DNA of 32,000 bases, taken from NCBI RefSeq assembly GCF_000010625.1, contig NC_010296.1, positions 1,440,001 to 1,472,000 of the forward strand, in the 5' to 3' direction. The notes under the pieces were generated by a model, which was not told the origin of the DNA, ran no database searches, and saw nothing but the letters and a program-made list of their open reading frames with translations. Position numbers and translations under genes: made by a program. Below, piece by piece: positions 1-6,966 of this stretch (positions are counted from its first letter, which is position 1; each line of letters starts with the position of its first letter). The stretch comes from Microcystis aeruginosa NIES-843 (GTDB lineage: Bacteria > Cyanobacteriota > Cyanobacteriia > Cyanobacteriales > Microcystaceae).

Positions 1-2
1 AA

Positions 3-825
3 CAAATCTATTTAGCCAAATGCACAGAACCTTTACCTATTCGATGGTCAAGAAAAATACCAGAAAGCTGTGAACCAAGCACAGTAACAGTCAGATTACA
101 TCCCTCAGGACGTTGGCATATTTCAATTAGATTTGATGACCCAACGATTAAGCCTTTACCAGTAACAGATAAAGCCATTGGAATTGACTTAGGAATTAGT
201 AGCCTCGTGATTACCAGCGATGGCGATAAAGTGTCTAATCCCAAGCATTTTAAAAAGCATTATCGGAGACTGCGAAAGGCCCAAAAAAGCCTTTCTAGAA
301 AACAGAAAGGGTCAAAAAATCGGGAAAAAGCAAGAATCAAAGTAGCCAAGATTCACGCTCAAATCACCGATAGCAGAAAAGACCATTTACATAAGCTAAC
401 CACTCAATTAGTTCGTGAAAACCAAACGGTTGTGGTTGAGAACTTAGCCGTCAAGAATATGGTCAAAAACCCGAAATTATCTCAGGCAATATCTGATGTA
501 AGCTGGGGAGAAATTACCCGACAATTAGCCTATAAATGCCGTTGGTATGGAAGAAATTACATCGAAATAGATAGATGGTTTCCTAGCTCTAAAAGGTGTA
601 GTAATTGCGGGTATATTGCCCTTGAAAATGCCGTTAAATGTTCGAGAATGGGACTGTCCAGACTGTGGAACACACCATGACCGAGATATTAACGCCAGTA
701 AAAATATTTTGGCCGCAGGGCTTGCGGTGTCAGTCCGGGTCGCGACCATAAGACCAGAACAGAGTAAATCTGTTAAGGCAGGTGCGAAAAATCCTTCGGG
801 AAAGAAGCAGAAACCTAAATCGTGA
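3..825 (+). pseudogene. tnpB: IS200/IS605-family TnpB (OrfB) RNA-guided nuclease; 5' end cut by window edge, reading frame broken near the zinc finger
   Basis: Frame 3 is open from base 3 (..KAIGIDLGISSLVITSDGDKV, RuvC-I Asp motif). It continues through ORF 207-680 (VVVENLAVKNM RuvC-II Glu motif; KRCSNCG). The second zinc-finger half and RuvC-III ([20 protein letters not shown]) lie in frame 1 (ORF 616-825). A 1-nt shift near 615-625 separates the two parts. Confidence 0.8.
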
Positions 826-870
826 GGTTTGGGAATCACCGTCCGTTCACGGCGGTGAGGATGTCAAGAC
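720..870 (+). ncRNA. Putative omega-RNA (reRNA) scaffold / IS right end overlapping the tnpB 3' end
   Basis: The terminal sequence GGAATCACCGTCCGTTCACGGCGGTGAGGATGTCAAGAC (834-870) has an imperfect hairpin (TCACCG..CGGCGGTGA). It ends exactly where an unrelated inverted-repeat element starts (871). Position and shape match the known IS605 right-end/omega-RNA architecture. The 5' limit is a guess. Confidence 0.35.
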
Positions 871-1012
871 TAAGTAGCTGGTTATAATTAAATTAAAAAT
901 CGATTTTAGGTTCGATCCCCCCTGCCCCCCTTGATAAGGGGGGTGCCGATAGGCGGGGGGATCCCCCTTGATAAGAGGGGCATCTGATAAGTTTTAACGC
1001 CTACTTACTTAA
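871..1012. repeat. Left arm of long inverted repeat flanking xisH-xisI (about 1.5 copies of the 37-bp G/C-run unit)
   Basis: TAAGTAGCTGGTTATAATTAAATTAAAAATCGATTTTAGGTTCGATCCCCCCTGCCCCCCTTGATAAGGGGGG.. is the reverse complement of 3520-3586 (1 mismatch seen by eye). The inner part CTGATAAGTTTTAACGCCTACTTACTT matches the reverse complement of 1831-1858. Confidence 0.85.
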
Positions 1013-1055
1013 ATGTTATAATTAATAATTATTATGCCTGCTAACCTCAAGATTC

Positions 1056-1472
1056 ATGTCTGCTAAAGATCGTTTTCATGGTGCAGTGAGAAAAGGATTA
1101 GAAAAAGAGGGTTGGATCATTACGGATGACCCTTTAAGGATTGAAGTGGGTGATGTAGAAATGTATGTCGATTTAGGAGCAGAGCAACTGATAGCCGCAG
1201 AAAAAGACAATGAAAAGATAGCCGTTGAAATTAAAAGTTTTATCGGTAAATCCAGCATTTCAGAATTTCATACTGCCATTGGACAATTCTTTAATTATCG
1301 TGTTGCTTTAGAAGAAAAAGAACCTAAAAGACAGTTATATTTAGCTGTTCCCTTAGATATTTATTATAGTTTTTTTGAATTGCGATTTATTCAAACTGTC
1401 GTTAAAAGATTTCAAATTTACCTGATTATTTATGATCCGATTGGGGAGGTAATTGTCGAATGGAAAAATTAG
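1056..1472 (+). CDS. xisH: XisH family protein (fdxN-element excision controlling factor-like)
   Basis: 138-aa ORF. MSAKDRFHGAVRKGLEKEGWIITDDPL..AAEK..IAVEIKSF matches my recollection of the XisH family N-terminus and its PD-(D/E)xK-like core. It overlaps the xisI start by 13 nt. Confidence 0.8.
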   Translation: MSAKDRFHGAVRKGLEKEGWIITDDPLRIEVGDVEMYVDLGAEQLIAAEKDNEKIAVEIKSFIGKSSISEFHTAIGQFFNYRVALEEKEPKRQLYLAVPLDIYYSFFELRFIQTVVKRFQIYLIIYDPIGEVIVEWKN

Positions 1473-1795
1473 AACAATATCGTCACTATGTCAAGCAAGT
1501 CATTACTGAATATTCTCAGATAGGTTCATCTAAAGATCCGATTGAACAACAATTGATTTTTGATACAGTTGGCGATCACTATCAATTGATGTATGTTGGC
1601 TGGAAAAATAGACGAAGATATCATGGTTGTGTTTTGCATCTCGATATTAAAAAGGGTAAAATCTGGATACAACATGATGGCACTGAGGTGGGAATTGCCA
1701 ATGAATTAGTTAATTTAGGTGTTCCTAAAGAGGATATTGTTTTAGCCTTTCATGAACCCCTAGTCAGAGAATATACAGGGTTTGCGGTGGGTTAA
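1460..1795 (+). CDS. xisI: XisI family protein
   Basis: 111-aa ORF. ..DTVGDHYQLMYVGWKNRRRYHGCVLHLDIKKGKIWIQHDGTEVGIANELVNLGVPKEDIVLAFH is typical of the XisI family. It is translationally coupled to xisH. Confidence 0.8.
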   Translation: MEKLEQYRHYVKQVITEYSQIGSSKDPIEQQLIFDTVGDHYQLMYVGWKNRRRYHGCVLHLDIKKGKIWIQHDGTEVGIANELVNLGVPKEDIVLAFHEPLVREYTGFAVG

Positions 1796-1827
1796 TCTTA
1801 ATCAGAGAAAGTTGACAACATTATTGT

Positions 1828-1873
1828 CATAAGTAGGTAGGCGTTAAAAATTATCAGACACCCCCCTTATCAA
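1828..1873. repeat. Inner part of the right inverted-repeat arm, separated from the rest of the arm by the ISAs1 insertion
   Basis: CATAAGTAGGTAGGCGTTAAAAATTATCAGACACCCCCCTTATCAA is the reverse complement of the left-arm inner end (about 965-1010) with a few mismatches. Confidence 0.8.
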
Positions 1874-3296
1874 GGTAGGGCTGTTTCATTCTCCCATCAG
1901 AATATCAAAAGTAAAAGCGATCACTGTCTTTGTAAAATGAGGAGTGACCGGCAACTTTTCAAATATATGTTGAGCTTAATAGAAAAACTGAAACAAGTCA
2001 AGGACTTTCGGAAAGATAAAGGAAAAAGACACCCTTTATGGATAGTATTAGTAGTAATAATACGGGGAACAATGCTAGGATACTCAGGTTATAGAGAGCT
2101 AGGAGAGTTTGCTAAAAATAATCGGCACAGGCTCAGTCAAGAATTTAACATAATTCCAGAAAGAGTCCCATCCTATTCAACAATTAGAAGGGTAATGATG
2201 GGAGTTGAATGGCAGATTTTGTTAAAAATGTTTAAGGAATGGGCATTACAAGAATATGGACAAAGAAGTGATATAAATTGGCTAGACATAGATGGAAAAA
2301 GTCTCAAAAACACTCTAAAGAATCCTAACAATGAACAAGAAAATTTTATTATGTTTGTCTCATTGTTTAGTCAAGAAAGTGGCTTGGTATTACACTTAAA
2401 AAGAATTGAAAACAAAAAAGGGTCTGAAATCGACGAAGGTCAAGCTATAATTGAGGATTGCACTCTTCAAAATAAAGTTTTTACTGGGGATGCTTTACAC
2501 TGTCAGAAAAAAACAATCAGCTTAATAGCCAAGAGTAAAAATGACTATGTTATCACCGTTAAAGGAAATCAGAAAAATCTTTATAAGCGAATACAAGACC
2601 TGAGTAATTCCTCAAAGCCAGAAAGTTGTTTTCTTGAACAAGACAATAGTCATGGACGAAAAATATCCAGAAAAATAGAAGTTTTTAAAGTGAGGAAAAA
2701 TGAAAGACAAGGGTTTGAAAATCTGCGCCGAATTATTAAAGTAGAAAGAAGGGGTAGTCGCGGGGATAAAACTTATGAAGAAACAGCTTACTATATCAGT
2801 AGCCTAACCGAATCCGCCCAAGTATTTGCTAAAATTATTCGAGGACATTGGAAAATAGAAAATCAGTTACATTGGGTAAAAGATGTAATTTTTGAGGAAG
2901 ATAAAAGCGAGATAAGTGATTTTCAAGCGGCCAGCAATTGGTCAATTCTCACAACTATAGGATTGAATCTTTTCAGAGGTTTGGGTTTTCTCTCAATAAC
3001 AGAGGGACAGAGGTGGTTAGCTGAACGTTGGGAAAAACTGATAGTTTTATCGACGTAAGAAGCAGAAAAATTAGCTAAATTAACAGGATGTACTCTCAGA
3101 AAATTTGAAGAGAGATAGGCTTTTAGTGGCTTGGAAACAAGCTTTATCAATTTATTCATAATCAATATTGGCAGAGGATTAAAGATTAGTTATTGTCACT
3201 AACTCTTTTGATTAGAAAAAGATAAACTTGAGAATTTTCATTCAAATTTATTGACTCAAAATCAGCTGTACTTAATTTAAATGAATCAACCCTACC
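1874..3296 (+). mobile_element. ISAs1-family insertion sequence (about 1.42 kb) with terminal IRs and 8-bp target duplication
   Basis: IRL GGTAGGGCTGTTTCATT (1874-1890) versus IRR reverse complement GGTAGGGTTGATTCATT (3280-3296). A direct repeat CTTATCAA sits on both flanks (1866-1873 and 3297-3304). A single transposase ORF lies inside. Confidence 0.8.
1937..3058 (+). CDS. ISAs1-family (H-repeat-associated type) DDE transposase
   Basis: 373-aa ORF. The N-terminus has VKDFRKDKGKRHPLWIVLVVIIRGTMLGYSGYRELGEFAKNN. The rest has IDGKSLKNT.., FTGDALHCQKKT, and a C-terminal RGHWKIENQLHWVKDVIFEEDKS motif typical of ISAs1/IS4-like transposases. Confidence 0.8.
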   Translation: MRSDRQLFKYMLSLIEKLKQVKDFRKDKGKRHPLWIVLVVIIRGTMLGYSGYRELGEFAKNNRHRLSQEFNIIPERVPSYSTIRRVMMGVEWQILLKMFKEWALQEYGQRSDINWLDIDGKSLKNTLKNPNNEQENFIMFVSLFSQESGLVLHLKRIENKKGSEIDEGQAIIEDCTLQNKVFTGDALHCQKKTISLIAKSKNDYVITVKGNQKNLYKRIQDLSNSSKPESCFLEQDNSHGRKISRKIEVFKVRKNERQGFENLRRIIKVERRGSRGDKTYEETAYYISSLTESAQVFAKIIRGHWKIENQLHWVKDVIFEEDKSEISDFQAASNWSILTTIGLNLFRGLGFLSITEGQRWLAERWEKLIVLST

Positions 3297-3586
3297 CTTA
3301 TCAAGGGGGATCCCCCCGCCTATCGGCACCCCCCTTATCAAGGGGGATCCCCCCGCCTATCGGCACCCCCCTTATCAAGGGGGATCCCCCCGCCTATCGG
3401 CACCCCCCTTATCAAGGGGGATCCCCCCGCCTATCGGCACCCCCCTTATCAAGGGGGATCCCCCCGCCTATCGGCACCCCCCTTATCAAGGGGGATCCCC
3501 CCGCCTATCGGCACCCCCCTTATCAAGGGGGGCAGGGGGGATCGAACCTAAAATCCATTTTTAATTTAATTATAACCAGCTACTTA
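3297..3586. repeat. Outer part of the right IR arm: 37-bp tandem satellite (about 6.7 units) plus terminal A/T-rich segment
   Basis: TTATCAAG recurs at 3298, 3335, 3372, 3409, 3446, 3483 and 3520, an exact 37-nt period. The unit is CCCCCCTTATCAAGGGGGATCCCCCCGCCTATCGGCA. The end 3533-3586 mirrors 871-925. Confidence 0.95.
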
Positions 3587-3881
3587 AAATAAGCTCAACA
3601 GGAGAAAAATTTAGAAAGATTATCGAAAACAATTGACAAAAATCTCAGCAATGTCTGTCCGACGGCAATTGTTGAAACCACGGAAGTTAGCACTAACAAT
3701 TAGTCAAAGCGCAAAATTCGCCTAACCTAATCATAGGTTAAGCGACAAACAAGATCAGCAAGAGATTTCGATTTTTTTACCTTTCTGTATTTCTTTGTTA
3801 ACAAAACTTAACAATTATCGGCAAAATTTCGCTTGCTTTTATCGGGAGATTTTGCGATAATATTTTTAAAGGATTTTATTC

Positions 3882-3930
3882 ATAATGGAAATCTTTGCGT
3901 CTAAAAAAAAATTGCACAGATTTCCATTAT
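3882..3930. promoter_or_regulatory. Perfect 13-bp inverted repeat upstream of the aldo/keto reductase gene (candidate operator or RNA hairpin)
   Basis: ATAATGGAAATCT (3882-3894) and AGATTTCCATTAT (3918-3930) are separated by 23 nt that contain an A9 run. Confidence 0.3.
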
Positions 3931-4091
3931 AAGAAAAGCATAGCGCAAGTCGCCGGCAAAGTCAAGTCCTTTCCCATTACTTATGGGTGCGAATTTCCCG
4001 GAATCAAAAAAGGGGGTTAGTGGTGAGTCAGACCAAATATAGGTTACACTTCATCTTTAAAAGGGAAACGCTGTCATTCTTTGTAGGGAAT

Positions 4092-5045
4092 ATGACTAGA
4101 CAAACCGCTAATCTCGGACAAACAGGAATTGCCGTCAGTGCTTTGGGAATCGGGACTTGGGCATGGGGAGATAAACTATTCTGGAACTATGGCAAGGAAT
4201 ACGGAGCTAGTCAGGTAGAGGAGGCCTTTAAAGCGGCAGTAGAGGCAGGAATCACCTTTTTTGACACTGCCGAAGTCTATGGACTGGGGGAATCGGAACG
4301 ACTCTTAGGAAAATTTACCCAACAGACCGATATTCCCATCGATATTGCCAGCAAATTTGCCCCCGTACCGTGGCGATTTGGGGCGAATGCGGTTCATAAT
4401 GCCATTACCGAGAGCTTAAACCGTCTACAAACCGATAAAATTGCCCTTTACCAAGTACATTGGCCCTTCACCTTCCTGATTAGCCAAGAAACCCTAATGA
4501 ATGCCCTAGCTGAAGAAGTAAAACGCGGCCGCATTGGTTCCGTGGGTGTAAGTAATTATTCCGCCGAGCAAATGCGTCAAGCAAGCCAGATTTTGGCGAA
4601 AAAAGAGGTTCCCTTAGCGGTCAATCAGGTGCAGTATTCGCTTTTGTATCGCAAAATAGAAACTAAGGGAATTTTAGCCACGGCCAAGGAATTAGGTGTC
4701 ACCATCCTCGCCTACAGCCCCCTCGCTCAAGGACTACTGACTGGTAAATATAGCCCAGAAAGCCAGAATTTGCCCGATGGAGCCAGAAAAGTTGACTCAC
4801 GGTTCAAAAAAGAAGGTTTGGAGAAAATAGCCCCAATTTTAAGGGTACTGCAAGAATTGGGCGCAAAATACCAAAAAACCCCCGCACAAGTCGCCCTCAA
4901 TTGGTTAATCGCCCAAGGGGATGTAATTCCCATCCCGGGGGCAAAAACTGCGGCCCAAGCGAGGGAAAATGCCGGGGCGTTAGGATGGAGTTTAGAAGCG
5001 CGAGAGGTGACGCAATTAGAACAGATGAGCCGGCCTTGGCTGTAA
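4092..5045 (+). CDS. Aldo/keto reductase family oxidoreductase
   Basis: The ORF is open from 3987, but the conserved AKR N-terminus (LGQTGIAVSALGIGTWAWG) follows the ATG at 4092. It also has ..FFDTAEVYG.. and ..LYQVHWP... Confidence 0.85.
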   Translation: MTRQTANLGQTGIAVSALGIGTWAWGDKLFWNYGKEYGASQVEEAFKAAVEAGITFFDTAEVYGLGESERLLGKFTQQTDIPIDIASKFAPVPWRFGANAVHNAITESLNRLQTDKIALYQVHWPFTFLISQETLMNALAEEVKRGRIGSVGVSNYSAEQMRQASQILAKKEVPLAVNQVQYSLLYRKIETKGILATAKELGVTILAYSPLAQGLLTGKYSPESQNLPDGARKVDSRFKKEGLEKIAPILRVLQELGAKYQKTPAQVALNWLIAQGDVIPIPGAKTAAQARENAGALGWSLEAREVTQLEQMSRPWL

Positions 5046-5172
5046 AAATCAAAACTTTTGATTTTTGATCACCATTCTGGAAAAAGTCTCTAACTTTTTG
5101 GTGATCAAGATTAAAACAGGCTACAATCTTTGCATACTGCTGTACTACTTAAGAAAACTGGGGAGAAAATTA

Positions 5173-6240
5173 ATGGCGACAATGACAAATAATTCCGATC
5201 GAGATAAAGCCTTAGGCCTAGTCTTAAATCAAATCGAGCGCAACTTTGGCAAAGGTTCGATCATGCGTTTGGGAGACGCCACCCGGATGCGGGTGGAAAC
5301 CGTGCCTAGTGGTGCTTTAACCCTAGATATGGCCTTGGGTGGCGGTTTACCGAAAGGCCGTATCGTCGAAATTTACGGGCCAGAAAGTTCTGGAAAAACC
5401 ACCTTAGCCCTCCATGCGATCGCAGAAGTGCAGAAAGCTGGGGGAGTGGCGGCCTTTGTCGATGCGGAACACGCTTTAGATCCCACCTATTCGGAAGATT
5501 TAGGGGTAGATATCAATAATTTACTGGTGGCACAACCGGATACGGGGGAGGCTGCCTTAGAAATAGTTGACCAGTTAGTGCGTTCTTCGGCCGTGGATAT
5601 CGTTGTCATCGACTCGGTGGCCGCTTTAGTGCCGCGGGCGGAAATTGAAGGGGAAATGGGGGATAATCAGGTGGGTTTGCAGGCCCGTTTGATGAGTAAA
5701 GCCCTGCGAAAAATTGCTGGTAATATTGGTAAATCCGGTTGTGTGGTGATTTTCCTCAACCAACTGCGGCAAAAAATCGGTGTCACCTACGGCAATCCTG
5801 AAGTGACCACCGGAGGAACGGCCTTAAAATTTTATGCCTCGGTGCGTTTAGATATCCGTCGCATTCAAACTTTGAAAAAAGGCACGGAAGGGGAATACGG
5901 AATTCGGGCTAAAGTTAAGGTGGCTAAAAATAAAGTTGCGCCTCCTTTCCGGATTGCTGAATTTGATATTATCTTCGGTAAAGGCATTTCCCAAGTGGGT
6001 TGTATGCTCGATATCGCCGAACAAACTAACGTGGTTACTCGTAAAGGGGCATGGTATAGCTATAATGGCGAAAATATTGCCCAGGGTCGCGATAATGCCG
6101 TTAAATATCTCGAAGAAAGGCCAGAAGTAGCGGCAGAAATTGAGAAGTTATTGCGGGATAAATTAGACATGGGTTCGGTTCCTTTCCCCACGGAACCTGC
6201 CGATGAGGACGAGGGGGACGATGAGGAACCAGAAATCTAA
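5173..6240 (+). CDS. recA: Recombinase RecA
   Basis: [23 protein letters not shown], Walker [13 protein letters not shown], and [10 protein letters not shown] are unmistakable RecA motifs. ATG 5173 is preceded by GGGAGA. The 5065 start would add a non-conserved extension. Confidence 0.95.
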   Translation: MATMTNNSDRDKALGLVLNQIERNFGKGSIMRLGDATRMRVETVPSGALTLDMALGGGLPKGRIVEIYGPESSGKTTLALHAIAEVQKAGGVAAFVDAEHALDPTYSEDLGVDINNLLVAQPDTGEAALEIVDQLVRSSAVDIVVIDSVAALVPRAEIEGEMGDNQVGLQARLMSKALRKIAGNIGKSGCVVIFLNQLRQKIGVTYGNPEVTTGGTALKFYASVRLDIRRIQTLKKGTEGEYGIRAKVKVAKNKVAPPFRIAEFDIIFGKGISQVGCMLDIAEQTNVVTRKGAWYSYNGENIAQGRDNAVKYLEERPEVAAEIEKLLRDKLDMGSVPFPTEPADEDEGDDEEPEI

Positions 6241-6265
6241 AAGAAGAGGGTTTTAGGTCTTGGTT

Positions 6266-6291
6266 ATCCCCCTATTTTGGGGGATTTTTTT
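6266..6291 (+). terminator. Rho-independent terminator of recA
   Basis: ATCCCCC-TATTTT-GGGGGAT hairpin followed by T7. Confidence 0.8.
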
Positions 6292-6966
6292 GGACTAGAT
6301 CATGGCAATTCTATAGTGCTACTCCTTAGGTTTAGAATATTCCTAAACAAAATTAATTGCCTATTTCCTCCTACGGCTGGAATCGCTCTATTTCTTTTCT
6401 GTTGGCCGTTCCCTTGTGCATCTCAGGACTAAAAAACTTATTTTGTAAACCACTTATCTTAAAATTTGTCAATCAAAAAGAGGCTCTTCGTTACTTGGTA
6501 TGGTTCGATATGGGGGCATAAATCGACTAAATCCTTATCTGGCAAGAGATTTAATTGATTAGTTCGCTCTAGAGCGAAAACAATTGACAAAAATCACCAA
6601 ATGTCTTTCTCTATAAGGGTTTCATCTCTTATAATCCTGTCCGTTGCATAAGACAAACCGAAGAACCCAAAAAGATTAAAAAATATCAATCAGAGAAAAG
6701 TAATGTTAAAAAATAGCGATAATTCCGAGGAGATAATCAAGAATTCTTAAAAGATATAGTTGTTTTCAAAAGTCTTCTGGAATCATCTTTTATAATCTGG
6801 AGTAATTAGTCGGACATAAATAAACAACACTATGTTAAGAAATGTAAAATAGGCGGTTTTCGGTGCTGCATACAGCTTTCTACCCTATTTACAAAACTTT
6901 ATACAGCAGCGAAAACTTATGTCCGACTACTTATAAGCAACACAGAGGAAAGTCGAGGTAATCTCA

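Noticed and set aside
8-839. Antisense ORFs 8-244 and 525-839 opposite tnpB
   Set aside because: These are shadow ORFs on the strand opposite a recognisable gene. The same reasoning applies to 1076-1258, 2923-3165, 4727-4933, 5936-6130, 7319-7501, 8040-8378, 9915-10100, 11698-11898, 14581-14787, 14736-14960, 15438-15620, 19846-20121, 21571-21783, 22510-22707, 24989-25243 and 30668-30856.
905-925. tRNA-like T-arm sequence GGTTCGATCCCCCC (also inverted at 3535-3550)
   Set aside because: No complementary T-stem, acceptor stem or anticodon arm can be drawn. It is part of the inverted-repeat arm.
3292-3545. Possible CRISPR array
   Set aside because: The units are contiguous with no spacers, the period is 37 nt in total, and there are no cas genes in the window.
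3281-3592. 103-aa ORF rich in P/G (..PPYQGGSPRLSAPPLSRGIPPPIGTPLIKGD.. repeated)
   Set aside because: It is the direct translation of the 37-bp tandem satellite; 37 is not a multiple of 3, so all three frames are cycled through. There is no SD and no non-repeat sequence.
3987-4091. Upstream extension of the aldo/keto reductase ORF, and likewise 5065-5172 for recA, 18595-18642 for the DUF5331-like ORF, 10139-10159 for paralog 3 and 22275-22286 for rloB
   Set aside because: The extensions are non-conserved-looking or use TTG starts. Internal ATGs with better SDs coincide with the conserved family N-termini.
5046-5070. A/T-only palindrome AAATCAAAACTTTTGATTT after the aldo/keto reductase gene as a terminator
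   Set aside because: The stem is entirely A/T, so stability is too low for me to call it a terminator with any confidence.
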